Shown here piece after piece: positions 45,472-55,809 of a DNA stretch of 64,000 bases (its first letter is position 1; each line of letters starts with the position of its first letter). Source of the DNA: a virus. Its lineage: Duplodnaviria; Caudoviricetes. Below the pieces are notes generated by a model. The model made no database searches. It was not told the origin of the DNA and saw only the letters and a program-made list of their open reading frames with translations. The stretch is from positions 128,001 through 192,000 of IMG/VR virus record IMGVR_UViG_3300033555_000001; one strand, 5' to 3'. A program made the translations under genes and the position numbers.

Positions 45472-47136
45472 TTAAAGCTCTAATTTAAATTTTAAATTAC
45501 CACTGTCTTCACAGCGTAACCAACCATCAGCTCTCATATTCTCTAATTCTGTTTTACTGGCATCAAAATTCTTTACTATTCCAGGCAGCGCGGATTTCAT
45601 AGCTTGATATCGCAACAATCTAACTGGCCCTTTAACGTAAAAATAGTTAGGCCGTGTTGTCTTAATCAGTTTAAACCCTGCTCTGAGGTACGCATCACCC
45701 ACTGAAATTCTGCGATCTGCATAGGTGATTAAAGTCCGGTACGACTTTTTTCTGAGCTCTGCTAGAATTCGCTGAAATCCTCCGGTGACCGAAACTCCTG
45801 CACTGGCAAATCTAATTAGCTCTAATTCTTCTTTACCAAACCTAGCATGTCCAAAGCTAGCCGCTTGAACAAGTTTGTCATTATCAAACAGCCCAATAGT
45901 AAAACTTGCCTGCGCACTTCCTTGCAAGTGCCACTGCTTAAAAAATTCAGGACAGCCGCCCTTAAGCACTTTTACTTTTAGTTTTCTAGCCATTAGTCTA
46001 GGCAGCAATCCTAACTTAGCAAGTATAATGTTGTGCACCACAAGAGGCTTTTCATCTATTTCAAAATCCCAGAAGTGCAGTAACTGAATACCCGCAGCTT
46101 CAGCTAATTCAGTTTTCTTAATTAACGGTTGGGATACAGATTGGTCGTGATGCCAGTACACTCCATTTACTTCTATTGCTAATTGCTTAGCCGGAATATA
46201 AATGTCTAGTTCTAACGGTGAAATAACATTTCTGTCTTCTACCAAATACGAGAGATCTGTGTTAGATACCATTGCTTCAACGACTGTCTGAACTCCGCTC
46301 TTTCTTCTACAATACGGACAGAGAATACCTCTGTGTAGTCTGCCAGCTGCTTCAAATTGTTTGCCGCACTCTAGATGCTGCCACATGTATTTGGTTTCGT
46401 AACCGGACCAATCAGCTTTTGTGAACACTGGTATAACACTGCAGTCAGTTTTAATCTTCTGCATCTGCTCGTCAAAAGACCCGTCTAGAAAGCGCAATTT
46501 TGCTCGGTTGCTTAATTGTTTTTTCACTTCAGCAGTTTTAGTATAGTGAACCTCACCGTACTTAAGTAAAGTAGTTGATTCTGTTTTTATTCTAGTTTCT
46601 TGTTTTTCTGTTACCGATCGCCGTGCATGAGTAGCTGAAATTTGTTTCTTAATAACATCCGAATTGGCTGGATTTTCAGTACCGTATCTGAGCATATTTG
46701 TCGTAGCAGCTTTTTCTCGAACTTTAGGTGCGGACCATGATGCTTCATATCCGTACACTGCTAAACTTGTTTCTCTAATTTTAGCCCTGACAAGTTCAGA
46801 ACCCGCAGCATGTTCGGTTCCATACTTACTAAGATTGGTTTCTGATCGTTTTGATTTTGTGCTCTTTGAGACTGCGGCGCACTTAGGACTGCAGAATTTT
46901 TGAAGTTTGCCGTTAGCGTTTAAATTTAACGACTGACCACAGGAACAGTTTGGCCTGATTGAAATATCATTCTTCAATGCGTACATTTTTTCGGCAAGAG
47001 TAATCCACCCACCCAGATCCGCAGACATTAAATCAGCTTTAAAGATTTTTCCATTTGCGGAATTTAGCAGGCCAGTCATGAACTTACCGTCACGGTAAGC
47101 AAGATCCTGAAAGCGAGCTAGGAATAATTCAAACAT
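45472..47136 (-). mobile_element. Hef-like homing endonuclease (Zn ribbons + TNL.KYG repeats + Vsr/DUF559-type PD-(D/E)XK + C-terminal GNAT-like domain)
   Basis: CSCG..FCSPKC; ETNLSKYG/TNMLRYG repeats; ELDIYIP..AIEVNG.YWH; ITYADRR..G..Y...GF; visibly AT-rich; sits just downstream of the capsid gene. Confidence 0.75.
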
Positions 47137-47142
47137 CCTTTT

Positions 47143-47151
47143 ATTATAACA
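47143..47151 (-). promoter_or_regulatory. extended -10 promoter (TGtTATAAT) 6 nt before the ATG
   Basis: Minus strand reads TGTTATAAT-AAAAGG-ATG. Confidence 0.55.
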
Positions 47152-47244
47152 TCAACATTTATTTCGGGTTGAGTTATATTATCAACTAAAATTTAAAGTT
47201 ATGGAAAGGGAACGTTTAATCAGTGCTATTATTTTCTGGGTGCA

Positions 47245-47270
47245 AAAAAGGAGACCTAGGTCTCCTTTTT
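47245..47270. terminator. bidirectional intrinsic terminator after the major capsid gene
   Basis: Perfect palindrome AAAAAGGAGACC-TA-GGTCTCCTTTTT. Confidence 0.85.
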
Positions 47271-47315
47271 AAGATTAAGTTGTTGCGGAACAACAACTTA
47301 GAAAGTTACATCTGA

Positions 47316-48587
47316 TTACGAGAACGAAACGTTTGTGATCCTGATCCGTGCGTAGTAATCCGCGCTGTTACCAAGCGATGTACCAGCGTTGGTGAACGTA
47401 GCTTTTCCGTACCGGGTCATGAGGCTCACTGCTGGCATGAACGTGTTAGCGTCCATAACAACACCGGTGCTCATCAGTGGAACGTATGGGCAGTAAAAGT
47501 AACCTGTATCCAACTCTGACGAACCGCCTTTGTAGCCGATCAAGATGTCTTCGCCAGTTGTACCAGTAGCCGAACCAGCGCCGCCAGTCAATGTCCAAGC
47601 ATCATTCAGACCCCAGTTGTACGAGTAAACGCGCATCTGGCCATTCAACATACCAACAAGCTTGTTACCGGTAGGATCTTGGAACTGGCCAGAGACCGCT
47701 GGTGCAAACACGGACTTTGAAGCAGATTGCAAGATCGAAGTAACCAAGTGCGAACCAACCAACCAGTTACCAGGTCCACGACGCGTTTTAGCGCCGATTT
47801 CGTTTGCAAGCTTGTTAACCAAAATACCAAGTTCAGCGTAACGATCACCAATGAAGTTCGGCGAGAAACCAGCTGGTGGAGTTGCGAAGTCGAATGTTCC
47901 AACAGTTGCGGCCAGGGCCAACAGGTCTGTCAAGATTTCATTGTCGATTTCGTGAGCGATCTGAGCTGACAAGGCTGCTGTCAATTCATTTTCCAGATCA
48001 AGACCGTGCTGCGAAGTCATGTCCTGAGCTGCTTCCATTGTCCAACGAGCCTGCAACTTACGGGAACCTGCAGTGATTGTTTGCTTCAAGACGCTCAAAC
48101 GCAACGCACGACCGCCGTAGCCTTCGTAATCGCTTGTATTCGCGCCAACACCAGTACTTGTGTTAGCTGTCAGTGCTGGCGGATAACCTGCCGTACCAAC
48201 GTTTGCTGTCGAATAGAAACGCTTCATCTTCGAGTTGTTTGCAAAAACTTCATCACCAGCAGCGATGTCGTTTGAAGGATCGCCGTTTGTGTCGACGGAC
48301 TCAGCAAACGCAAAGCGCAAGCTGTATACCAAGCCAACTGGACCGCTCATTGGCTGTACGCCAACTAGATCGGTTGCAATAGTACCTGGCAAAATACGAC
48401 GAATCATCGGGATAACGATTTTTTGGAAGCCGTCAACAGCGTTAGCCGTTGTTGCAGTTGCGCTTGCGGTTTCCATCATGTACTGCTTCTGATTCTCCAG
48501 AAGAGTAGACACGATTTGTTTCTTCGAACCAGTAAGGCCTTCTAGCAAGGCGGCTTTAGTTTCGATCCAGTTTTCCGTTAGTAACAT
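47316..48587 (-). CDS. gp23: major capsid protein (gp23-like)
   Basis: LVGVQPMSGPVGLVY.LR, TITAGSRKL.A.WT.EAAQD, EIDNEI, GYFYCPYVPL and LMTRYG motifs. Confidence 0.95.
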   Translation of the reverse strand: MLLTENWIETKAALLEGLTGSKKQIVSTLLENQKQYMMETASATATTANAVDGFQKIVIPMIRRILPGTIATDLVGVQPMSGPVGLVYSLRFAFAESVDTNGDPSNDIAAGDEVFANNSKMKRFYSTANVGTAGYPPALTANTSTGVGANTSDYEGYGGRALRLSVLKQTITAGSRKLQARWTMEAAQDMTSQHGLDLENELTAALSAQIAHEIDNEILTDLLALAATVGTFDFATPPAGFSPNFIGDRYAELGILVNKLANEIGAKTRRGPGNWLVGSHLVTSILQSASKSVFAPAVSGQFQDPTGNKLVGMLNGQMRVYSYNWGLNDAWTLTGGAGSATGTTGEDILIGYKGGSSELDTGYFYCPYVPLMSTGVVMDANTFMPAVSLMTRYGKATFTNAGTSLGNSADYYARIRITNVSFS

Positions 48588-48619
48588 GTGTTGTGCTCCT
48601 TATATAGTGTGGGACAGGA

Positions 48620-49507
48620 TTACTTGCTGATACCTGCGAGGCGCTGCAGATTGGCGATGCTTTCATTAAGCTTCGTTGCTACTGCCGCTGGTTCCAACGG
48701 TGCGTCACCTGTCACGACCGTGGTTTTCTTTTCAACTGTAGACTCACTAAGAGTAGTAGTTGCCGGAGCAGCTACGTCTTCTTTCATGATACGACCGATG
48801 AAGAATTTATATGACTCTTCAAGACGAGCAGTATCGATGTTTTTAAGAACCATCTCCATTTGCTCACGTTTCTTTCCTGATAGATTAGAAAGAATTTTCT
48901 CAAGCTTTACTTCACGTACCATCACGCGATTAGCTTCTTCCGAGTCAGTTAATGCTTGTGCTAGATCTGCAAGTTGTGATTCAGCCACCTGGAGCTTGGA
49001 GCTCACGGAGTCTTCATTAACATGCGCTTTAGCAAATGTGGTTGCGTACGCTTCAAAAATCTGGCGACCAAATTCGTTTTGTTTTACAAGTGCGATATCT
49101 TCCGACAGTTCATCGATTTCGGCGGAGAGGCGAACTTCAAAAAACGCGTCCATTTTGTCGATTAGCTGTTCCATTTCCGATTCAACTTCATCGGCTAATT
49201 TGTACTTTTCTTCAACTAACTTTTCAGCGTACTCAGCTTCAAGGTCGCGGAAACGTTCAATATCAGATTTAAGTTCAGTAACTTCTTTAAGCAAAGCATC
49301 TGCTACAAAGCCATCAACCTTAGTAACCAGTTCATCGCGCTCAGCAAGCCACTGTTCTGCGAGTTCCGAACGAACCGTCAGTGAAACTTCTTCGCGGACT
49401 TGCGTCTTGAAGGATTCAACTGAAGTTGTCCATTGCTCGGAGATTTCAGCTTTAGTTTCTTCGCTAAGCAGCTCAGACTGAAGCAATTTCTGCAGGATTT
49501 CGTCCAT
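48620..49507 (-). CDS. gp22: prohead core/scaffold protein (gp22-like)
   Basis: Acidic coiled coil directly upstream of the capsid gene; KQNEFGRQIFEAY motif; GGAG RBS. Confidence 0.85.
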   Translation of the reverse strand: MDEILQKLLQSELLSEETKAEISEQWTTSVESFKTQVREEVSLTVRSELAEQWLAERDELVTKVDGFVADALLKEVTELKSDIERFRDLEAEYAEKLVEEKYKLADEVESEMEQLIDKMDAFFEVRLSAEIDELSEDIALVKQNEFGRQIFEAYATTFAKAHVNEDSVSSKLQVAESQLADLAQALTDSEEANRVMVREVKLEKILSNLSGKKREQMEMVLKNIDTARLEESYKFFIGRIMKEDVAAPATTTLSESTVEKKTTVVTGDAPLEPAAVATKLNESIANLQRLAGISK

Positions 49508-49602
49508 GCTTTCTCCTAATTAAATTTACCAAATTTTATAACCTGGCAAGTGTTGTGTTCTGCACTGACTGAAACAACAATCGTTTCTTTATCATGTTGT
49601 GG

Positions 49603-49608
49603 TATTTA
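49603..49608 (-). promoter_or_regulatory. late promoter core TAAATA for the scaffold/capsid operon
   Basis: CTAAATAC immediately after the terminator at 49620..49654. Confidence 0.6.
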
Positions 49609-49619
49609 GCGCGCAGTCG

Positions 49620-49654
49620 AAAAAACGCATCAAAAACACAGTGCTTTTGATGCG
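49620..49654 (-). terminator. intrinsic terminator
   Basis: Stem CGCATCAAAA/TTTTGATGCG followed by a T6 tract on the minus strand. Confidence 0.75.
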
Positions 49655-49662
49655 CAGGGAGT

Positions 49663-49830
49663 TTACTCGTCAGATTGTTCTACAGATGCTTCTTCTTTTG
49701 CGGCCGAGAAGCCCGCGAGTTCTTGTGTTTTTGCTACAATGTAGTTGTGGATAGTTACTTCAGCCTGCTCAGGCCGATCATTAATCAAATCCTGCAACAT
49801 TGATTTTAGTTGCTCGCGTGCTTCGCTCAT
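49663..49830 (-). CDS. small acidic head-assembly protein (55 aa; gp67-like position), missed by the ORF track
   Basis: MSEAREQLKSMLQDLINDRPEQAEVTIHNYIVAK...; AAGGA RBS; TAAATA at 49862..49867 upstream. Confidence 0.7.
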   Translation of the reverse strand: MSEAREQLKSMLQDLINDRPEQAEVTIHNYIVAKTQELAGFSAAKEEASVEQSDE

Positions 49831-49861
49831 TGTGAGATCCTTTATATTAGTTAGCGCATGG

Positions 49862-49867
49862 TATTTA
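49862..49867 (-). promoter_or_regulatory. late promoter core TAAATA
   Basis: Intergenic CTAAATAC, 32 nt upstream of the ATG at 49830. Confidence 0.55.
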
Positions 49868-49887
49868 GTTCTACCGGTTGTGTGGAA

Positions 49888-50430
49888 TTACCACTCACTC
49901 TCTTCGGACCTGTCGATCACCGGTTTGACGAGCCTGACTGCCTTTCTAATAGATGCTCCATCAGGGAAAACAAAGTAAAAGATCCCAAAGTTCTCATGAC
50001 GCTTGTACTCGATGCCAGCGTCTTTAAGTTCAGCCTCTGCTTTTTGAGCATTCAGCCGATCTTCGAAACCAAACTCTGGGCGCTCTGTACTGACGCCACC
50101 CATCTTCACGCCGAGGTGTTTACCTTCAGCAACTTTAGACCGTAGAAATTTTTCAAGGGATGCACCGCCTTCGGCGCGAGCCGCTGCGGTGATGGCTACT
50201 TTATCAGTATCCCACTGCTTTTGCGATTCATCGTCTGCAATCGACGCGGCAACTTTACCAGATTTATTGAACAGCACGTTTATACCGTAGTAGTCCTCTT
50301 GATCGGCTTTGGCCGAGTTATTCTTAACAAGCACCGCAAACGTGGCCCCAATTGCGCCCATGTCGCCCGTACCGCAGTATTTATTTTTCTTGATCGCCTC
50401 GGTAAGTGCGATTAATTCCCTCAATATCAT
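49888..50430 (-). CDS. hypothetical protein inserted in the head operon, putative internal head protein
   Basis: ATGA-coupled to the protease gene; N-terminus MILRELIALTEA. Confidence 0.6.
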   Translation of the reverse strand: MILRELIALTEAIKKNKYCGTGDMGAIGATFAVLVKNNSAKADQEDYYGINVLFNKSGKVAASIADDESQKQWDTDKVAITAAARAEGGASLEKFLRSKVAEGKHLGVKMGGVSTERPEFGFEDRLNAQKAEAELKDAGIEYKRHENFGIFYFVFPDGASIRKAVRLVKPVIDRSEESEW

Positions 50431-51041
50431 TTTCCACCTTTGCGGATGGCCTCTAACAGGGCGTTAATTTCTTTCTTAAAGTACTCTTGAGCCTTTGGAT
50501 CATGCACAACGGCTTCGGCTAAAGTGAGAACTTTCTTTGAACCAAGAGCTTCTGCAACGTAGTTTGGATAGGCGTCTGGCGCGCTTGGTGTGGAAACAAT
50601 GTCCATTGTCACAAATGCAAAGTCTGAAACATTACCACCTTCATTTACCGTACCTGTACCACGGGAGCTCACACCTAGTCTGACTCCACCCTCCATGATG
50701 GCCTTAGCAATATTACCGCATGGCGTATTCAACATCTTCATTTTGCCAACTGCGTTGTTGCCGTCCATACGGATTTCAGTAATGGCGTGCGATACATTTG
50801 CCAGGTTAATGCTTAGAACATCGGGATGGTTTAATTCTCCCAAAATAAAATTGCCCTGTTTAATTTTACTCTGGCATTCGTCAACTGCGCGAGTAATTTG
50901 ATCAACCCCATAAGTTCTTCCGTTACCGTTTTTCATCGCGGCCTGCATCATGATTCCGGACAAAAACATATCGCCACCCACGCGTTTCATTTCTGTCAAA
51001 TTAGTAACATTCGGTGCAAGATATTCTGTCAACAAGATCAT
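50427..51041 (-). CDS. gp21: prohead protease (gp21-like)
   Basis: KNGNGRTY, GELNHP, VSHAI, TPCG.I.K...G..LGVSSRG.G and D.VSTPSAPDA motifs. Confidence 0.95.
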   Translation of the reverse strand: MILLTEYLAPNVTNLTEMKRVGGDMFLSGIMMQAAMKNGNGRTYGVDQITRAVDECQSKIKQGNFILGELNHPDVLSINLANVSHAITEIRMDGNNAVGKMKMLNTPCGNIAKAIMEGGVRLGVSSRGTGTVNEGGNVSDFAFVTMDIVSTPSAPDAYPNYVAEALGSKKVLTLAEAVVHDPKAQEYFKKEINALLEAIRKGGK

Positions 51042-51119
51042 TTTGTAACTCCCAGTTTTAACTTAGCTTCCAGACCTGCAATAATCTTTATTACGGTCAC
51101 GGCTTTAACTTTATTCTTG

Positions 51120-51125
51120 TATTTA
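51120..51125 (-). promoter_or_regulatory. late promoter core TAAATA
   Basis: Between the portal and protease genes, downstream of the hairpin. Confidence 0.55.
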
Positions 51126-51161
51126 GCGTACAGCTCTTTTTTAGGGCGCCGGCCAAATAAT

Positions 51162-51179
51162 ACCTGCCCGTAGGCAGGT
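51162..51179 (-). terminator. UNCG-tetraloop hairpin after the portal gene
   Basis: Minus strand ACCTGCC-TACG-GGCAGGT followed by an A/T-rich tail. Confidence 0.6.
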
Positions 51180-51203
51180 GTTCTACGTACTATAAGAAAT
51201 AAA

Positions 51204-52853
51204 TTACTCTGCGGGTGGCTCTTCTGCAGGGGTTAATGTCTTAAATGGCGCGTCTTCAAAGTCCGTGTCTAATAACCCAGCTGCAGGATCCATATCCATT
51301 TCATCAGTTCCACCACCACCTTGTGCAACGTCAGTTCCTACAATCACTGGCGCACGCTGAGAATAAACAGCATCGTCGTACAGCTGCTGCATGATAGGCA
51401 CACCTGCTGTATCAACCATGTTCTTTTCTTCTTTGAGCTGAACTTCATTCATCTGAATTTCATCGTCAGACAGACCAAGATAGCGCTTAAGAATAAACCG
51501 GCGTGACAACCATTTAACCTCTTGAATATTGGTAAACGAGCTAATAAGATCGGCGTCAAGAGCTGCCTGGCGGTAGAGTGCAAAGTTCGCTGGGTCTGGT
51601 AGTTTAATGCTGAATACTTCATCATCAACGTGTAGCCCACATACCTTTAGGTAAATCTTAAATTCGGCGTCGTAGATCTCATTGATCCTGTCCTGCAGCC
51701 TCGAAATAAAGTTCGCAAATCTGAGCTCTTCAATGTACGCAATACCTACTTTGCCGTCATTAGACTGCGGATCGGTGCCACCACTGCCGCCCATGTACGA
51801 GGTAGGAATACGCAGGCCGCGGAAGATCTTATCCTGGAATTGCTTGAGTAAATTAGTACCAAAGTCCTCGCTGCCACCGGGCAGTGTTTCAACCCGTGAA
51901 CCTTTACCGGCCGCTGTTACTGGGAAAAAGTAATCTTCTTGGAGTGAAGACGGATCGTACTGCCCGTCAACCGTGTCCTTCATGCCATTTGTCTGTACAC
52001 CCGGTGCGCGCTTTTGACGAATTTCATTTTTGATAGATTCAAGATAACGCTTTACCGCTTGCTGGTTCATGTTACCGGTGTCAATGTAGAACACGCGTCG
52101 CTCTGGGGCTCGCACAATTCGGTAAATGATTACTGCGTCTTCCAGCATTGACAGCTGGCGGTAAACGCGGAAAATTGGTTTTAGTACCGAAGCGCCAAAG
52201 GGTGCAGAGTCCCCCATGTCGTCTGACATAGAGAAATGAATCATTGCCGATGCTGGAACAATATCAAACTGCTCACCGCGATTTACACCAAAGCCAGTTG
52301 TACTTGCAATGCCAGGGCGGCGCAAATGATAATTTATTCGCGATCCCATTTCGTCAATTTCAATTCCAGCTACTAGCGATGGATCCACATACGCCCATTT
52401 TCTGGTGTCACTTGCCTTGCGGAAGAAACAATCACCGTACTTGATCATGCATCTTGATGTACTAAACACACGCTTCTTGAGGTCCTGCAGCTGTGCCCAC
52501 TGGCGTAGAGCCGCGCGAACTGTTACCGTTGTAGTATCTGAAACGTCTTGGTTATCTTCTTTTTGCCACTGAATTAAAAATGGCAACTCAGTCTTGTCAT
52601 CTTTACCGGACATTTCTTCTGCAATAATATCCAGTGAGCGAGAAATATCAATGTCTGCGTCCATTGCATCGTACTGCTTGTACGTTGCAGTACGGCCGCC
52701 AGGGCCGCGCATGATTTGCGAATACCAGGTAACGGCGGCCAACGAGCTGGCGTCAGTGCTGCGCGGATCGTATGCATCCGTTGCCAGCGTGGTGTACATT
52801 TGTTTTCGCGTCTTTGGAGATACTATCTTCCACATCGCGGAGAGTTGTGCCAT
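51204..52853 (-). CDS. gp20: portal protein (gp20-like)
   Basis: LSMLEDAVIIYRIVRAPERRVFYID.GNM, QEDYFFP..GSRVETLPGG and EELRF motifs. Confidence 0.95.
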   Translation of the reverse strand: MAQLSAMWKIVSPKTRKQMYTTLATDAYDPRSTDASSLAAVTWYSQIMRGPGGRTATYKQYDAMDADIDISRSLDIIAEEMSGKDDKTELPFLIQWQKEDNQDVSDTTTVTVRAALRQWAQLQDLKKRVFSTSRCMIKYGDCFFRKASDTRKWAYVDPSLVAGIEIDEMGSRINYHLRRPGIASTTGFGVNRGEQFDIVPASAMIHFSMSDDMGDSAPFGASVLKPIFRVYRQLSMLEDAVIIYRIVRAPERRVFYIDTGNMNQQAVKRYLESIKNEIRQKRAPGVQTNGMKDTVDGQYDPSSLQEDYFFPVTAAGKGSRVETLPGGSEDFGTNLLKQFQDKIFRGLRIPTSYMGGSGGTDPQSNDGKVGIAYIEELRFANFISRLQDRINEIYDAEFKIYLKVCGLHVDDEVFSIKLPDPANFALYRQAALDADLISSFTNIQEVKWLSRRFILKRYLGLSDDEIQMNEVQLKEEKNMVDTAGVPIMQQLYDDAVYSQRAPVIVGTDVAQGGGGTDEMDMDPAAGLLDTDFEDAPFKTLTPAEEPPAE

Positions 52854-52856
52854 GTA

Positions 52857-55775
52857 TTAGCCTCGTCTGAGGAGTTGATTAGTAAACTGTTCTGAATCAG
52901 CAAATCTAACTGCAGGACGCATGGCTAGCAGCATTGCGTCCGTGGCGTCTGCGTTTCGGGTTTCAACTGCTAGGTTATCACGCATGACTTGCAACATGCT
53001 TGTTAACACTATCATCATATCAGTATTTGTAGGTGTACCAACTGCAGGAACCTCTTTTGCTGCGACTGGTGGCGGTTCAATTGTATTTACCGTAGCCGGC
53101 ACAACAGCTTTTGGTATCTGAACCTGCGGCTGGCCCATGATTGCCTGTGCATCTCCGATTAGGGTTGATGCGCTGAGTGCACCGGCTTGGGCACTTGAAA
53201 ACTTTACTTGTGCCGCTGTTGCCTTAGTTGTAGCTTCAGTTGTTGCTTTTTCTGATTCAGCGGCGGCTTGTTGAGCGCTTTTACCCATTTTCTTAAGTGT
53301 TTTAGAACTATCGTCCCACAGCATACCCATAGCATTCATGTTTTCTGTTGAAGACTTTTCAAACGCCTCACCGCCGCCCTTTAAGTCTTTTACAAGCTGC
53401 GAGTCGTTGCTTAAAAACAAACCAAGCACGCTACCAAGGCCACTAAAGAGCCCGCCAAAAAAATGCTTAACCATTGCGTTTGCGCCCGCAACAAAAACGT
53501 CAAACTTGTTCTGCAACCAGCCGCCTGCGCCGGATCCAAAGACATAACCAAAAACGTCAATTAAAAAATTAGGAATTGCCGTTAAAAAGGCCGTAACAAC
53601 TCCGCCTACTCTGTTAAAAAAGCCACCGCTTGGATTTAATGCAATCGCCATTTCACCCGTAATTGCCTCTTTTATACCATCTATAATTCCAGCTATAGGC
53701 CCAAAAGCTTTGGCCGCGACCTTTAACCCGCCTATAATAGTGCCAATGCCGCCGGTTAGAGCGCCCGCGGTGCCGGCAAACACACTTCTGATTGCCGCTA
53801 GTGCGCCGTTAGAAGAGTTAATGGCCTGCACCCCGCTAATAGACGATTGCACCGCTCGAGGAATACCCGTAAGACTCGTGTAGAGGCCACTGGCGCCAGA
53901 TTTAATAGCCGCCAGTGGATTTAATAGCGTAGAAAGAACTGAACCGGTACCTTGTGCTACTTTAGCCAGCGCTCCAGTGGCTCCAGCGGCGCCACTGGCA
54001 CCCTGTGCGCCGGTTGCTAGTGCTCCAGCGGCTCCTTTGATACCTCCGCCGGTCAATAGAGATCCCATTAACTTGACTATTGGTCCACGGAATAGGGTAA
54101 GCAGTACGCCGCCAACCGCAGCTCCAATAGCAGGCACAATACTTTTTTGTATGCCCTCAGTCCATGCGGTTAACTTACCAACAGCTCGACCAAAAGAACC
54201 TACTGACTTACCAAAATCAGCGTTAGCCGTAGCGGGGCCGCTGTCAGCTGCAAGTGCCGCGGCATCGCTGGCCTTCCCAACTTGGCCAAGCTTTGTGGCA
54301 TCAATTTTTGCCCTCAAGTCTTCAATCGCGTGCTGCATGCCTAAATTACCGTTATTTGCCGCCTCTGCATACAGCGCATTTATTTTCTTAGAAAATTCGC
54401 CCTTGCGAGCGACCAATTCCTGGCTTTCTGCTCCAGTAATTGCAGTACCTTTAAGGCCAAGTTCGGTTATTCGCTGCGCATTTCCAGTATCGCCAGTAAG
54501 TGCGCCAAGGTTTAGGATAGCAGCGCGCTGGTCTAATCTTTCTGTAACTGTTGCTCCGCGTGCGGCAATAAGCGCATTACCAAGCGCTGTTGCTGCCTCG
54601 CCGGTTAAACCTAACCTGTTTCCAAGTGTTCTGATCTGTATCAATTCCTGCATTCGCGCCTGACGCTGAGCTGGTGCCAAGCCCAACATCTCACGCTGCA
54701 CCTGTTCATTCTTGCCAAGGCCGTCTACAACTTTTGCAAACTCATCAGTAGTAAGCAGAGTAGAAGCACGCAGATCTGAGAACGTTTTAATTTGTGCGTC
54801 TACAGCGCTACCAAGATCGCTGTTAAGAATACCAAATTCAGTACCGGTAGAGGCCAGTGCAGCCTGGAATGTTCGCGCTTCAGCTCCAAAGACGCCAATT
54901 GTTGCCAGCTGGCCATCGGCGGCCGAAATTAATTTATCGTATTCATTCAGACTGCCCTGACGCGCGGCGGTGCTGGAGTTCTCACGCACCATTTCGGTGT
55001 ACTCTTTTAACGACATGCCGGCCCTGGCCGCAAAGAACGACAGATCCGCCAAGTTACCGGCCGAGCCCAAGCCAAGGCGGGCGAGCGTCAAGTAATCAGC
55101 GGTTAATTTTGTTGTTATGTCAATAAGGCCTGAAAATACGGTAACAACTCCACCCGCAACAGCGCCAAGGCCTGTAAATCGTCCCAACATTTTGTCAACA
55201 GTGGTGCCAAACGCTGTAGTAGTACTGTCTAATCGCGTAGGCACTGGCCTGATCGCGCTATCTGCACCAGCCCGGCGGCGCATGCGCGCCTGTAAAATTC
55301 GGGCGGCTTCCTCGGTCGGCGCGTTAGAAGCGGCTCGCGGCGTTGCTGCTGCAGCTGCACCGTTTAAACCGAGTCCTTTTAATCTTGTGGCTGCTCCGCG
55401 CAACACGCCCATGAGCGAGTCAATTAAACCACTGCCGGTACCGCCGGATGTTGGTGTAGCCCCACCCTTTGCCGCGGTAAGTGTACCTTTAAATTTGGCC
55501 ATTTCAGAGGCAAGGGAGCCAAATCCGGTGGTTGTGCGGCCAACTGACGTGTTTAAGCTTACTAAGCTTTTATTCAGCCCGAGCAGTGCGTCATTTGTAT
55601 TCTTAGCTGTTAAGGCAATAGCTGTAAAAACTCGGGTGCCGGCGCGAATAGCTCCAGCGTTTTTTGCCTGCTCTGCTTTGTCTGCTGAAGATGGAAGCCG
55701 CCCGCCCGAGCCCGCCATTGCATTGCTGAGCAGTGTTTTGATATTTTCTAGCGTTTTAAGGATTTGTTCATCCAT
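52857..55775 (-). CDS. tape-measure-like protein
   Basis: 972 aa, Ala/Gly-rich and helical with hydrophobic segments; adjacent (divergent) to the gp26/gp51-like chaperone genes. Confidence 0.6.
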   Translation of the reverse strand: MDEQILKTLENIKTLLSNAMAGSGGRLPSSADKAEQAKNAGAIRAGTRVFTAIALTAKNTNDALLGLNKSLVSLNTSVGRTTTGFGSLASEMAKFKGTLTAAKGGATPTSGGTGSGLIDSLMGVLRGAATRLKGLGLNGAAAAATPRAASNAPTEEAARILQARMRRRAGADSAIRPVPTRLDSTTTAFGTTVDKMLGRFTGLGAVAGGVVTVFSGLIDITTKLTADYLTLARLGLGSAGNLADLSFFAARAGMSLKEYTEMVRENSSTAARQGSLNEYDKLISAADGQLATIGVFGAEARTFQAALASTGTEFGILNSDLGSAVDAQIKTFSDLRASTLLTTDEFAKVVDGLGKNEQVQREMLGLAPAQRQARMQELIQIRTLGNRLGLTGEAATALGNALIAARGATVTERLDQRAAILNLGALTGDTGNAQRITELGLKGTAITGAESQELVARKGEFSKKINALYAEAANNGNLGMQHAIEDLRAKIDATKLGQVGKASDAAALAADSGPATANADFGKSVGSFGRAVGKLTAWTEGIQKSIVPAIGAAVGGVLLTLFRGPIVKLMGSLLTGGGIKGAAGALATGAQGASGAAGATGALAKVAQGTGSVLSTLLNPLAAIKSGASGLYTSLTGIPRAVQSSISGVQAINSSNGALAAIRSVFAGTAGALTGGIGTIIGGLKVAAKAFGPIAGIIDGIKEAITGEMAIALNPSGGFFNRVGGVVTAFLTAIPNFLIDVFGYVFGSGAGGWLQNKFDVFVAGANAMVKHFFGGLFSGLGSVLGLFLSNDSQLVKDLKGGGEAFEKSSTENMNAMGMLWDDSSKTLKKMGKSAQQAAAESEKATTEATTKATAAQVKFSSAQAGALSASTLIGDAQAIMGQPQVQIPKAVVPATVNTIEPPPVAAKEVPAVGTPTNTDMMIVLTSMLQVMRDNLAVETRNADATDAMLLAMRPAVRFADSEQFTNQLLRRG

Positions 55776-55809
55776 CCTGGGTGTCCGGTAAGCCCTTAAC
55801 AGGGCAGCG

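Noticed and set aside
53977-55791. Antisense ORFs of more than 200 aa over the tape-measure-like gene
   Set aside because: Expected shadows of GCN/GGN-rich codons; no promoter, RBS or domain signal.
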